DNA of 64,000 bases from Eledone cirrhosa (taxonomy: Eukaryota). The translations under genes were made by a program, and so were the position numbers. Shown in pieces: positions 38,515 to 52,202 of this stretch (position 1 is its first letter; each line of letters starts with the position of its first letter). The DNA is taken from NCBI GenBank assembly GCA_964016885.1, contig OZ024744.1, positions 79,050,001-79,114,000 of the forward strand, in the 5' to 3' direction. Under the pieces are notes generated by a model that saw only the letters and a program-made list of their open reading frames with translations, made no database searches and had not been told where the DNA came from.

Positions 38515-39130
38515 AAGCTCTGGTGTGCAGCACCCAGGAACAGGCTCTTTGAACTAACTACATTAAACATCATATTGACAAAACAATAAAATCACCATTA
38601 TGTAGAATGTGTGAAACAAAAGGAAAAACAGTCAGCCATATTATAAGCGAATGTATTAAGTTGGCACAGCTAGAGTACAAAAGATGAGATGATAAATGTT
38701 GTCAGATATATCCATTGATGTTATCTGAGAAATGTGGGTTTGTTGAGCAATTAAATGGTATGCACAGAAATCATTAGGGCTGTTAGAGAATGACAAATTT
38801 GAGCTTTTGTGGGATTTCACCATTCATTGCCATAGAGCCAAGAAAGCCAGACATTTTAGTTGTGGACAAGAAAAAAAGAGGCTGAAATTATCGATATATT
38901 TGTCCCAGGTAATAATAGAGTGAAGGATAAAGAGCATGAAAAGATGGAGAAGTAGGAGTTACTGAAGGAGGAGGTTGTAAAGAAAGTTTTAGTGATTCTA
39001 GGGGGTGATCGGAGCATTGAAATGCGTATTGGACAGAAATAGAATCAGAATTGATGCTAAATTACAGGTCATGCAGAAGACAGCACTTTTAGGTACAGCA
39101 GGGATTTTTAGGAAAGTCTTAAATGTGTAA
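38515..39130 (+). mobile_element. R4/Dong-clade non-LTR retrotransposon 3' remnant (zinc knuckle + restriction-like endonuclease)
   Basis: Across frameshifts: QEQAL/TNYIKHHIDKTIKSPLCRMCETKGKTVSHIISECIKLAQLEYKR, LENDKFELLWDFTI, KPDILVVDKKK, IIDIFVPGNNRVKDKEHEKMEK. Confidence 0.85.
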
Positions 39131-39879
39131 AACACCGGAGAGACTGCAGTGAGGGACCTTTGTCAACTTGTTGACTGCTCCCTAACTGAAATATCCAGAT
39201 TGTTTAACATCTAAGATTCTGAGAATTATAAAAATGAACCATATCAATAATATCATTATTCCAAAGATCAAGGGTGATGGATTGGCAGAATTGTTAGAGC
39301 GTCATATGGAATGCTTTACAACATTTGTTCCTGCTCTTTACATTCTATGTTCAAATCCTGCCAAGCTTAATTTTGCCTTTCATCCTTCCGGGGTTGATAA
39401 AATAAAGTATCATTAAGCACTGGGGTCAATTTAATCGACTTTCTTCCTTCCCTTCAAATTGCTGGCCTTGAGCCAAAAGTAGGAACCAAAATTATTATCC
39501 CAAATTGATCATATGGATGTCATTTAATCTCAGATTCCAGGAACAGAAATCTCTCCTCCACTCTCAAAGACTGCATGAAGGATTCTTGCAGAATCTCTAC
39601 TACCCTGATCTCACTTCTTGTGTCACTGAGTTTCTTTAACTCTTTTGATACCAACCTGTATGAAATTAACCTTGGTTATATGATACGAAACTGTTTATTT
39701 TAAAAGTGTTTATATTTATCTAAAAACCTTCCATCATAATTTTAGTTGAGAGCCTTTTTTTAAGTTATGTTCCAAGAACAGTATTATTACTAACTTCCTG
39801 CAAATTCTTGATAATTTTCAAAATTATTTGTAAATCATTATCATGGTTGATTTGAGAACACGTCTCTGTGTTCATTATC

Positions 39880-40265
39880 ATGATCATCATCATTTTACGT
39901 CTGCTTTTCCCTGCTTGCAAGGATAGGATGGGTCCTATTCAGCATATCATCTCTCCACTTGTCACGGTCCTTCGTCATCTCCTCTGTGAGTTTCAGCAAT
40001 CTGAGGTCTGCTCTCACCACCTCCGCCCATGTTTTTTGTGGTCTTTCTCTACTGCGTCTTCCTTCTACTGGGATTTCTTGGCACTTCTTTACCCAGCAGT
40101 CATCCTCCATGCACATCACATGTCCATACCATCTCAGTCTTCTCTCCTGCACACCACAACTTATCCCTCTTATACCCAGTTTCTTTCTCAACTCGTCTAT
40201 GCTTGGTCGTTCACGCACATTCACATTGCACATCCAACAGAGCATACTTGCTTCATTTCTGAATT
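39880..40265 (-). mobile_element. 5'-truncated copy of the RTE LINE, inserted in a piggyBac-type MITE; shorter copy at ~51515-51685
   Basis: ORF 39895-40245 is nearly identical to 33803-34153; same (TGA)n tail. Confidence 0.9.
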
Positions 40266-40508
40266 CAAATCTCGCTGAGTATCTTTAATTAGAAATATAG
40301 TAACAGAAGGGTTAATGGTTGTTTTAATGTTACCTCCAGCATTTCTATATGAATGGATTTCATTGACATGTCCCAGAGTCTTCTCTGTTCCCCAAATACT
40401 TTTAAATATTTTTCTGCTCCTTCTTCTCATTTACTGAAGACTATCGTTTAGATTCTTGTTTGTATTTACATCCTTGATAATACAATTTGACTTACTTGAG
40501 GCTCTTAT

Positions 40509-40988
40509 TTAACCTTTTCATACTAAACCACCAGAAACGGTCCCTGGTTTTATTTATGATACAAAATTCCCCATTTTTAAATATTCATATTTATATTAAA
40601 ACCTTCCACCAAACTTTTTAAAAGAAACTTTTGTAAAGTGATATTCCAAACATCAACTTAATAATGTTTTCTGATTTGGGGAGGGGGAAGTCAATTAAAT
40701 TGATTCCAGTGTATTACTGGTACTTTATTTTATTCACCCTGTAAGGATAAAAGGCAAAGCTAACCTTGGTGGGATTTGAACCCAGAACGTAAAGGGCCGC
40801 AACTCTATGCCTCGAAGCACAGTGTCCTACGCTCAACCAACACTGCCAATGCACCGCCTTAAACATCGACTTAATTATCAAAAGGTTAATTCATATACTA
40901 AATTCCTCCAAGAAAATGATTTTCAAACTTAATTGAAGCAGACATAAGTAGTGTATTTCATTAAAAAATATGATAACGAAAGGGTTAA
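40509..40988. mobile_element. piggyBac-type MITE family 2 with nested SINE. Copies at ~39636-40315, 47478-47840, 48839-49203, 57220-57507, 58800-59026, 61500-61990
   Basis: TTAA|CC(C/T)TTT ... AAAGGG|TTAA ends; shared internal aaaaccttccatca...ttatgttccaa and agaaatatggtaac motifs. Confidence 0.7.
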
Positions 40989-41856
40989 TTGGAGTTAGAT
41001 TCCATAGTGTGGAAACAAGAAATTGTTGCCACCAACCATCACCCCAGAATATCAAGAAGATGTTAACCATTTACCATTTAAACTGACCGTATCCAGCCAG
41101 AATTCTCTCACCTCTTTCTGTTCAAACCAGCCATAACCGGCAGCTCATACTTATGTTATGGTATTATTCTCAAAGTAAATAATATTGAAATCTCATAGAT
41201 TCGATATTATGTGAGATAATTATGTGAAATAAAGTGTTTACTGTGAAAATATAGTAAATATAGAGTAATATAAATGCTAAAGGGTTAATCTGTAAATGAG
41301 GAGTGAGGTGATTACCATTTCCACTATGTACTGAATTATGAGTTGAAAAAGGATGTGCTTTTTAATTGGTTGTATTTAATGGAATTTCTAAACATTTCAC
41401 AGCTACTTGATAGAACTTTAAACTATTGGTTAAAAATGGAGATACAGAAATACACAGGTTATATATGAATGGTTAATGGTTGTATTTGGTACTTTATCAA
41501 ACCAGATATAATGTTGTGTATGTTTATGTGCCTTCTGTGAGGAATATGTGTTGTAAATGTGTGATGTATATATGTGATGTTTATAGATGTGTGATGTATA
41601 TATGTGATGTTTATAGATGTGTGATGTATATATGTGATGTTTATAGATGTGTGATGTTTATAGATGTGTGATGTATATATGTGATGTTTATAGATGTGTG
41701 ATGTATATAAATGTGTTATATGTGTGATGTATATAGATGTGTTATATGTGTGATGTATATATGTGTGTTATATATATATGATGTATATATGTGTTGTATA
41801 TGTGTGTTGTATGTGTGATGTATATATGTGATATGTATATGAGTGAGTTGTATATA

Positions 41857-42748
41857 CAGGGTGCGGACGATATTTGTTCGCAAGATTACTGTCTAGGAAA
41901 AAATAACACAGTAGTTTTATTTTTTAAGATATATTTATCAAACTTGGGTCAGTTTGTCTTCATGACTTGTTCTTTCGACCTCACTCGATAAACCTGCCAT
42001 TGGCTTTGATGACGGCCTCAAGGCGGCCTCGGAACCGGCTACATGCCTTTGTCACTGTCCCCCGACTTAGGCCCCTAAAGGCACTTGTGATCCTGGCCTT
42101 CAGATTGTCTTTCGTATTGCAACTAGATCTGTTGGTGTCTCGTTCCACTGCGCCCCACACAAAGAAGTCGAGGGGGTTGCAGTCAGGCGAGCTGGGAGGC
42201 CAGATGTCAGGTGAAGTGTGGTCGACGAAGTTCTCTGACAGCCAGGCTTGGGTCTTTCGGCTGGTATGGCATGGCGCTGAGTCTTGCTGCCACACGTACG
42301 GCCTACCTGCAGCTACCTGGTCGATCCAGGGCTTTACTACCTCGCTCAGAACGTGGATGTTTAGCCATCGGTGTTCAGCTTGAGGCCCTCAGGGAAGAAG
42401 TGAGGTGGCATGACGTCACCTTGACTGTTGACGACACCTAAGACCAATGTTGTCGCTGGAAACTTTGTCTGCATGACTCTGGGCACGTCTTTGGATGAGA
42501 CAGCAAGCCACCTGTTGTTCTGAGAAAGTCTGAAATTTCTTTATTTGTCCTCCCGGCGCGGATTCCAAGAAGAACTCTGTCTCTTCTACAATTTTGGAGG
42601 TTCAAAATTATTCATAATCAATTATTCTGAAAATAAATAATGGAAATATAGTCACTGTTTTTATGAAGACAAGAGTGACAATGGAAGTAAAAAATATTTG
42701 CATAAAATTAGCAGTTGAAAATTGCAAACAAATATCGTCCACACCCTT
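41857..42748 (-). mobile_element. Internally deleted Tc1/mariner-superfamily transposon, DD37D (maT) family
   Basis: TA-flanked ~27 bp TIRs CAGGGTGCGGACGATATTTGTTCGCAA / AAGGGTGTGGACGATATTTGTTTGCAA; ORF 41981-42295 QQDSAPCH...WPPSSPDCNPLD with 37 residues between the last two catalytic Asp. Confidence 0.9.
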
Positions 42749-42749
42749 T

Positions 42750-43660
42750 ATATGTATGTATATATGTGTGTTGTATATATGTGTTATATATATGATGTAT
42801 ATATGTGTTGTATATGTGTGATGTAAATATGTGATATGTATATGAGTGAGTTGTATATATGTGTGTTGTATATATATGTGATGTATATGTGTGTTGTATA
42901 TGTGTGCTGTATATATGTGTTGTACGTATATGTGTTGTATATGTGTATTGTATATATGGCTATTGGGAATATGTGTGTATGGTGTTGGGAGAGTGTGTGT
43001 GTGGGTTGTATATGTGTCTGTTGGTGGTGATGCATGTGTGTGTTGTGTGTGTGTTTTGTATGTGTCTGCTGGTGGTGATGTGTGTGTATGTTGTATATGT
43101 GTCTGCTGATGGCAATATGTGTTTGTGTGTTGTGTGTGCATGTATGTATGAGTGTTTGAGTGCCTGTTGGGAAATCTGTGTATATGTGTGTGTTGTGTGA
43201 GTATGTGTAAATGTCTGCTTGTCAATGTGTGTTGTGTGTATGTGTGCCTACTGTTGGCTGTATATGTGTATATGTGTGTTGTATATATATCTGCTGTTGG
43301 CAATATGTGAGTTGTGTGTATATGTGAGTTGTGTGTATATGTCTGCTGTGTTGTATATATGTCTGCTGTGTTGTATATATGTTTGTTGTATGTGTGTATA
43401 TGTGTGTGCTTTATGTGTATGTTTGTCTGCTGTTTGCAGTATGTGTGTGTAGTATGTAGTATGTGTGTATATGTGAGTTGTGTATATATGTCTGCTGTTG
43501 GCAATATGTGTGTGTGTGTGTGTTGGATGTAGTATATGTGTATTGTGTATGTATGTCTGCTGTTGGCAATATGTGTATGTATGTCTGCTGTTGGTAGTAT
43601 TTGTGTATGTATGTCTGCTGTTGGTAGTATGTGTATATGTATGGTGAGTATATATGGTTG
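42750..43660. repeat. TG/TA-rich low-complexity tract (also 41560-41855) hosting the maT element
   Basis: Seen directly; source of many spurious ORFs. Confidence 0.9.
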
Positions 43661-44961
43661 CTGTTGGGAAAATGTATGCTTTCGTGGGATGTGTAATTTT
43701 TTCTCTGTTTTTTTTTTAAACAAATGACTCAAGTTAAAGAAAATACTTTGTAGGTTAAAATATTACATCAGTTTAGTTTTTTTCTTTTACTTCTGTTAGT
43801 TTTAGAAAAGGTAGCACAATAACTATAAGGTGTTCTTAAAATGAAAGATGGGTAGGAATAACTAGAATGAAGTTTGAGTTGTTATAATTTAGATAATAGA
43901 GATCATAGCTCCGATATTATAGGCATGTCGTTAGAATGTCTCAGGAAAGAATCGCTGGACAGATTTTACAGACAAAAACCAATTGGTAGGAGACCCAGGT
44001 GTCAACCTTGAGCAAGATGATTGTATAACATCCATGAGTTTGGCTGTTCTCGGTTGGGGATCTAGCCAGATAAATTGGAGATGGTTGTTTCTGGCAGTAC
44101 CCACTGGAAGGAGTCTTTGAGAGGAATCTGCTCCCCATAACACTCTCAGGATAAATGGGAGAAGGGGAAATAAGTTGGGGAGGATATTTAGTGAGATGTA
44201 TTGCTAGGGTAAGAGGATTGACCAAATGTGAAGGTTAGTGGTTGCACTCTTGATCTAAAGGTTGTGGGTTCAATTCCTGAACTGGACGGCACATTGTGTT
44301 TTTTAACAAGACACTTCATTTCACATTGCTCTTCATGGATACTATTAAAACACTGAAGTAACCTCCTATGAGATGTAACATCATAGGAGGCCAACTAAAC
44401 CTGCATATGTGTGAGGTGTAAAATAAACAAAAAGAACAAAATACCATGTAAAGGTATTTAATGGTGTGGTAATGGGTTGATGGGGAAGCATGTGATTACA
44501 ATTTTGAATATTCACCAGATAATACTGTAGGATTGTCTCTTCAATTTGGTTTAATTAATTTATTTATTTATTTTACTGTGCTCTAGCATTGAGTCCTTTA
44601 TATGGAAAGGACTTCTGTCAGTTTCAACAATGAGTGTTCCAGTAGTTTGGTCAGTGGAACAACCTGCTCATGAAATTAATATGCAAATGGCTGAGTATTC
44701 CACAGACACGTGTACCCTTATTATAATTTTCAGGGAAATTCAATGCAACACAGTGTGTGACAAAGCTGGCCCTTTGAATTACAGGTAGAGTCCATCAAAT
44801 GAGCTTCCAAACAGTTTCCATTTACCCAGTTTTACTCACACAGCATGGGTCGATCCAAGGCTATGGTAAATGGCACTCACCTAAGATGTCATACTGCAGG
44901 ATCAAACTTGAGACCTAATGATTGTGAAGCAAACTTCTTAACTATTCAGTTATGCTACATC

Positions 44962-45242
44962 CAGAGCTGGATTTAATGGAGGGCAAAGGGGGAAATTGCC
45001 CTGGGCCCCCTGAAGGGGAAGGGGGGGGGGCACACCTGTGACAGCCATAGCTATTTATTTCTGCCCTCAGCTGAGCTTTTTAGTTTTAGGATGGTTAGAA
45101 TGTTTGAATTTAATACCTGTATGTATAACTTTTCAATTCCAATTACTTGTGCCAAGCTGTGTATTTTATTTTTTTTGTGTATGAGCCCCCCCCCCCCCCC
45201 CCCCCCCCCCTCCCCTCCTCCCGAGGTCTAAATCCGGCCCTG
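44962..45242. mobile_element. hAT-type MITE; decayed relative at ~50150-50412
   Basis: TIRs CAGAGCTGGATTTA / TAAATCCGGCCCTG and 8 bp TSD GCTACATC / GCTGCATC. Confidence 0.85.
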
Positions 45243-45975
45243 GCTGCATCCATTGTATCTTTTATAATTGTGTGCATATGCACATCAGTACAATATTACA
45301 GTATTTTATATCACAATCTAATGTGTTTGTATGAACCAGAGTGTTATTGGGGAGACAGAAGTGCAATTTATCTTAAGTTATTATGAAAAGAGACAACCTT
45401 CCACAACAGGTCCTCTGGAACGTGCTCATATGCCTTTTTGAGGTTTACAAAACAAGCATACACCTCTTGATAACATTATAAGCTCGGATGGTCTTTCTAA
45501 ATGATCCTACTGGATTAATTGGAGACAGTTGCTTCTGACAGGAGGACTCTTCCCCCATGACCCTCCCAGGAATAAGTGGTTGAAGATGTAGAAGAAAGTT
45601 TGAAGAAGCCTGCCATGCATAATATGTATGTGTATGTATGTGTGTGTTTTCATAACAACACCATTTAAAGCAAGCAGTGATGTTTCTTTATGTGCCGCAT
45701 AACCAATGTCTTGCAGCTTAGCGCTTAAAGGAATGTCAACTGTATAAATCATACTTAAAAATAAAGGCATACCTGAAAATACAGGTATACCATACTTAAA
45801 AATAAAGTACAGGTTGGTATCAGGGAGGTTGTAGAATATTGAGACTGAAGAATATTGCCTCAAAAAAATCTCATCTAGCTTAGAAAAGCAGGCATAAAAA
45901 CAATTATGTATATATATATATTTATGTTTAAATATTCTTTTCAATACTCAGTTTTATGGAATCATTATTTTTCAG

Positions 45976-46093
45976 GATGTCTTTGTTCGTGAAGGTTTAA
46001 GTCGGTTATGGAACGATTTGGTTTGTAATGGAGAACTGGTCAACAGTTCTGCTAAGGATGTTGTCAACTGCGCTGGAGTCCTAGCCAAAAAAG
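45976..46093 (+). CDS. HERC2: HERC2 coding exon (DVFVREGLSRLWNDLVCNGELV...)
   Basis: tttttcag acceptor, G|gtaagt donor; matches recalled human LAFTRDGLCGLWNEMVKDGEIV; phase 0 to 1. Confidence 0.88.
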
Positions 46094-46136
46094 GTAAGTC
46101 TGCTGCACTTTGAACATCTTCTCTTACTTTTATCTA

Positions 46137-46216
46137 TAGGGTGTCCCCCCAAAAATGGATACTCACTTCAACAACATTCTAATAAATGTGTGTATACATT
46201 TTTTGGCGATACCCTG
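46137..46216. mobile_element. 80 bp hairpin MITE, Tc1/mariner-type ends
   Basis: TA|tagggtgtccccccaaaaatggatactcac ... gtgtgtatacattttttggcgataccctg|TA. Confidence 0.65.
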
Positions 46217-46639
46217 TATCATCATCATCATCATCATCGTTTAACGTCTATCCTCCACGCTAGCATGGGTTTAGACGGGAATTGTCCCACTTGAGGCAAG
46301 ATTGGTTGTCTTGCTCGTATAGGACTGTCTGGCAGGTTTTCTACAGCTGGATGCCCATCCTAACACCAACCACATTTACAGTGTGGGGCTGGGAGGTTTT
46401 TACTGTGTTACCTACACGGCCACATTACAGCGTGGACTGTTGTGTTATTTTGTCCTGACACCTACACGACCTCATTTATTTAGGACTGGATGTTGTGGTA
46501 CCAACATAACTTTACAGAGAAAAGGGTGGGGGAGTTAAGGTAGTGGATTGGGGTGTATATTTGATTAAGAGGTGCCTACTCTACTGACTGTAGGTTTCGC
46601 TTTGTACTTAGGCAAGGTGGGTCTTCTGTATTACTGTGT

Positions 46640-47368
46640 AGCGCCAAAGATCTCAGTCCAGTGACATTGTCTTGGAGAGGTGTAAGTGTGTAAGGTCAGA
46701 ATTTATCAAGTCGTCCCAGGTTTTTCTGGGTCTACCTACTCCGTAGCTTCCATAAATTTTTATCGCCCTGCACTTTTCTATACAGCTGTCGTCTTTCATG
46801 CGCATCACGGGACTATACCAACGTAGTCTTCTCTCAAGTAAACAGCATCTGATCCCTCTTATACCTAATTTCTCACTTAGTTCATTTATGCTTTGTTGTT
46901 CATGTATATTACTATTACACATTCAATGGAGCATGCATGCTTCGTTCCTCTCCAGTCTGCGCAATGCCCATGTCTCACTGCCATGTAGCATTGCTGTTCG
47001 TATGCAGGCATCATACAATCTGCCTTTCATTTTTAGAGAGAAAGCTTTTGTGGCCAACAGCGGTATAAGCTCTCTGAACTTTTCCCATCCCGTTCTGACT
47101 CTGTCTACTGTACTTTCAGAGCACCCTCCACCACTGGTGATTTGTCACCCAGGTAACAAAAGGTGTCCACTATTTCTCTAGAGCCATCTGGGCAATAGAA
47201 GGAGCTAGTATCCTGTGGGTACTTGCTACTTATTTCACCTGAGCACTGGTCACATATAAAATCTACGTTCTTAGATAGCTTACCTGTGATCCCACTACAT
47301 CTTTTATGCACCCATACTTTGCATTTGGGACATAAAATGGAATTTCTGCCTACTCCTTTCCTACTCAT
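46640..47368 (-). mobile_element. RTE LINE fragment of a related subfamily
   Basis: RKGVGRNSILCPKCKVWVHKRCSGI, RRLRWYSPV, GRPRKTWDD. Confidence 0.85.
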
Positions 47369-50300
47369 AATATTGAATCTATGAGATTTTGATATTATTT
47401 ATTTTGAAAATAATACCATAACATAAGTATGAGTAGCTGGTTACCGGTGGTTTGAACAGAAAGAGGTAAGAGAATTCTAACCCTTTTGATATTAACCTAC
47501 CCCAAACCACCACAATTCTATGATAACAAACCTCTAGTTGTAAAGTATTAATATTTAAATACAAAATTAAGGGGTTAACTTTGCCTTTCATCCTTACGGG
47601 GTCGATAAAATAAAGTACCAGTAATGTACTGGGTAATTGCTGGCCTTGTGCCTAAAGTAGAAACAATTAATATTTAAATACAAAATAATGTTATGGAAGA
47701 ATATCTTTAAGTTTTGTACTAAACACCAGTTTAATAATATGTTTAGTTATTTCACTAAATTACTTTAAATTGTTGATTACTTACAGATTTAATTGAAAAA
47801 CATAGATGTTTCATTAGAAATATGGTCATAAAAGTTAAACATTGTCAGTAAGACGTAGACTCAACATGTTGCATTGCAGGGAGGAATAACTCTAAATTAA
47901 AATTGATAGACATTTCTAGTGGATTCTTTACTCCTATGGCATGGCGATAACATCTCTAATACTGGTGGTATGATAAAAAAACATCTTGTCCACACTGTAA
48001 GGATATTAAGTGAATTCGTTTTTAGGTTCTCTATTTGTTTCTTAACTCTTTAGCATTTAAACCAGCCATATCCGGCCAGAATTCTCTCACCTCTTTCTGT
48101 TCAAACCACCCGTAACCGGCTACTCATACTTATGTTATGGTATGATTTTCAAAATAAATAATATCAAAATCTCATAGATTCAATATTATGAAATAATTAT
48201 GTGAGATAAAGCCTTTACCAGGAAAATACAATAGTATATATAGAATAATGTAAATGTAGGGTTGTTAGAATGAGAGTGAGAGGTTAACAACGTTTGTTAT
48301 TGTTTCAGCTCACTGCACTTTGATTTCAAATCCTGCCATGGTCAATTTTGTTTTACATCCTTTCAAGGTTGGTAAATAATAAATTATCAATCTAGGACTG
48401 AAGCCAATTCTTTCTCTTTTACTCTTTATCTTGGAGAGGAATGGGCACTGCCAAGTTTAAAATGCTCAAGTATGTCAGGCCGACGCCCCTATGACTCAAT
48501 CAAGAGTTAATCACTCTTTACTTTTTTCTTTTTTACCTATTTGTACACTCATCAAAGTCTACTCATTCCGTTCCATAGTTAAGGTTGTTAAAAGCATAAC
48601 CTCATGACCAGTAAGATAACATTATAGATTCTAGAGCAGTGGATTGGCATAAATGACAGTGCTAAACTAAATACAATGTTATGAACAGTAGTACTGTCTC
48701 ATTACACCATATTGATTTTTTATTTTTTATTTCTCTGTGATCAATAACATAGTTATCGGGTATGTACTAACATTGATTCAATTGATTTCCTTTCTTCTTC
48801 TCCTCCACATCCATAAAGTGTCTGTCTGACCTTGAACTAATTAATCTTTTAATAACAAACTGCCTGAAACTGCCGATGGGTCTATTATACTATTTTGTTT
48901 ATTTTAAAGTGATTATAATTATCTAAAAACCTACCATCAGAATTTTATGTAAGAACCTTTGTTAAGTTATGTTCCAAGCAAACTCCATCTTATCATTCAT
49001 TTTGCTTTGTTTAGCCTTATATCACTTTCCATATTATATATTATATACAATGCTTCAAGCAAACTACGACATTTTTTAAACCAGATAAATAACGAGGGAG
49101 TTAGTTATTTTAATAGATCCTTCCAAATTTTTGATTATTTTCAAAATTATTTAAAAATCATAGGCAGTGGCTTTCGTTAGAGATATGATTAGCAAAAGTA
49201 TTAAAGTGTGAGTACCACTCCACTCCACTCCCCATAAAATATCTGACCTTGAATTAATCAAAGTGAAATTCCTCCCCGCTCCTGCTGATCTTCAACAAAT
49301 TAAATCTGAGATTCCACCCTCTCTTCACCTCCCACCACCATAGAATATCTTACTTTCTACTAATTAATGTACGACTACCATTCCCCTTCCTTCTGCATCA
49401 AATCTCTGACCTCCTCAAACTAATAGGAGTGATTACTATTATATAACAATTCAATGGATTGGCAGTATCGGTAGAGCGTCAGACACCATACTTTGCAGCA
49501 TAGAGTTACATCCTTTTACATTCTGAGTTCAAATCCTGGTGTGGTTAGCTTTGCCTTTCGGGGGTCGATAAAATAACGTACCTGTAATGCACTGGGGGTC
49601 GATTTAATTGACTTTACCGTCCCCTAAAATTGTTTGTTGGCTTTGTGCCTATATCAGAAGGCGGGTTGGCAATATCAGTAGAGCATTGGACAACTTGCTT
49701 AGCGACGTATAGTTATGGTCCTTTACGTTCTGAGTTCAAATCCCACTGAGGTCAGCTTTGCTTTTCATCCTGATGGGGGGAGGGGTCGATAAAATAAAGT
49801 ACCAGTAATGCACAAGGGTTGATTTAATTGACTTTCCCCTCCCCAAAAATTGTTGGCCTTGTGTCTAAATAAATCAGAAACCATTATTATTATTATTGCT
49901 TTCCAGCATAGTTACGTCCCTTTACGATCTGAGTTCAAATCCCGCCGAGGTTGACTTTGCCTTTCATCCTTACGGGGTTGATAAAATAAAGTACCAGTAA
50001 TGCACTGGGTAATTGCTGGCCTTGTGCCTAAAGTAGAAACAATTATTATTATTATTATTATTATTAGGGAGTGCACACATTATGAAGAGTACTCTCAACA
50101 CAATAGAAATAACAACTCCAAAACAACACTACACATACCCAAGCCACTCAGAGCTGTGCTCGGTAATGTAGTGAAGATATGCATTACCGGTGATGCCCAC
50201 ATCAATTTATTTGTGCCCTCAACACAGGATGGTTAGAATTTTTGAATTTAATATCTATATGTATAAATTTTCAATTCCAATTACTTGTGCCAACCTAACT

Positions 50301-50834
50301 TCGATATGTAAAATTTGGTGGATTTTGTTGTGTATGAGTGCCCCCCCACCCCCCACCCTCCGCAAACCTGAAGTGCCCCGGGCTCCCACAAGGCCTAAAT
50401 CAATCCAACTGTGGTTGAGAGTACTATTTGTAATATATGTGCTGTTCCTACTAGTGCTATTTTCTATATGCTGTATATATTTGTCACTCCTGGGATTTTG
50501 GTTATATACTCTCATCATCACCGTTTAATGTCAATTTTCCCAAGCTGGCATTGTTTAGACAAGTTGTCCTGCTAGGTCAGGTGACCATGTCATGTTCATA
50601 CAGAACCAATTTTGGCTTGATTTCTACAGTTGGATGCCCTTCCTAGTGCCAACCTTATTTACAGTGAGTATTGGGTGCTTTTTGTTGTGCTACATGATCA
50701 CTTTAAAGTGTGGACTGGGTGTTTTCTGTCATGACAGCTACATGGCCACTTTACAGTGTGGGCTGGGCACTTTTGCCATACATGACACTTTACTGTCTGT
50801 GTAATTTTTTTTTATCATTCCCAGAGCACCTATC

Positions 50835-50893
50835 ATTATAATGACTAGCAGAAAAACCACCCTTAAGGTGGTTTTTCTGCTAGTCATTATAAT
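50835..50893. repeat. Perfect hairpin, 27 bp arms, loop CTTAA
   Basis: ATTATAATGACTAGCAGAAAAACCACC / GGTGGTTTTTCTGCTAGTCATTATAAT. Confidence 0.92.
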
Positions 50894-51809
50894 TGACAAA
50901 ATTCACAGAAATTGAACGAAGTCTGTGTTACACTGTCTTATGTAATCAGTAACGTAATCCATGATACATTAAAAAAAGACGATATTATATATAAACTGCA
51001 TTAGGAGAAAATTACCGACAGAAATATATGCAATATTTTTATAAGTGTTATAATATAACAGACGCTAACCGGAAGTGTTGACATTTGAAGATTTTTAAAG
51101 AAGTGAATCTTTAAATAAGCTATAAAATATATATTTAATCACCAGCCACGAAATTTAGCACATAAATTATGTAATATTCATTCATTATTTATTCAAATCC
51201 CGCCGAGGTTGACTTTGCCTTTCATCCTTACGGGGTCGATAAAATAAAGTACCAGTAATGAACTGGGTAATTGCTGGCCTTGTGCCTAAAGTAGAAACAA
51301 TTATTTATTCAAAGTAATCCAACTTATTTTACAAACGGGGTAAACAAATATATTCAGAACGCAGTCCCGCACTCCTTTCTTTATTATAAATACATCAATT
51401 AGAAGACATATTTTTTTCTTTGTGGTCTTTGACTATTATTACATGGTGGCAGATTGGTAGAATCATTAGCATGTTGAACAAAATGCCTTGTCATATTTAG
51501 TTAAAGTCCCTTACATCATCATCATTATCATCATCATCATCATTTTACATCCTCTTTTCCTTGCTTGCAAGGGTGGGACGGATCCTCTTTAGCACAGCAT
51601 CTCTCCATTTGTCACAGTCCTTCGTCATCTCCTCCAGCAATCTGAGGTCAGCTCTCACTGCCTCTGCCCATGTTTTTTGTGGTATTTGTTTACACCACTC
51701 AAATCCTCCTGAAAACAACATTGTCTTTTATCGTTCCAGGAGTTGATAAATTTAAAGTACCAGTCAAAGTTACTGTCTATGTGCTGAAATTAGAAACCAT
51801 TAAAACCAT

Positions 51810-51845
<36 letters not shown>

Positions 51846-51881
51846 CACTAGTGCCACCACCACTGCTGCTACTACTACTAT

Positions 51882-51920
<39 letters not shown>

Positions 51921-51955
51921 CACTACTACTACTATTGCCACCACCACTGCTGATG

Positions 51956-52004
<49 letters not shown>

Positions 52005-52053
52005 CACTACTACCACCACTACTACTGCCACTACCACTACTACTGCCACCACC

Positions 52054-52142
<89 letters not shown>

Positions 52143-52150
52143 TACTACTG
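51810..52150. repeat. (ACT)n/(ACC)n microsatellite
   Basis: Seen directly, ~50 nt upstream of a HERC2 acceptor. Confidence 0.95.
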
Positions 52151-52202
52151 TTGTTGTTGCTATTGTTTTATAAATGGTGTTTGTATTCTTTACTGTTTGC
52201 AG

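Noticed and set aside
42608-43732. 374 aa minus-strand ORF
   Set aside because: Low-complexity TG/TA tract.
51670-52200. Poly-Thr/Leu/Val ORFs, including an apparent N-terminal extension of the HERC2 exon
   Set aside because: (ACT)n microsatellite; the real exon starts at the acceptor at 52203.
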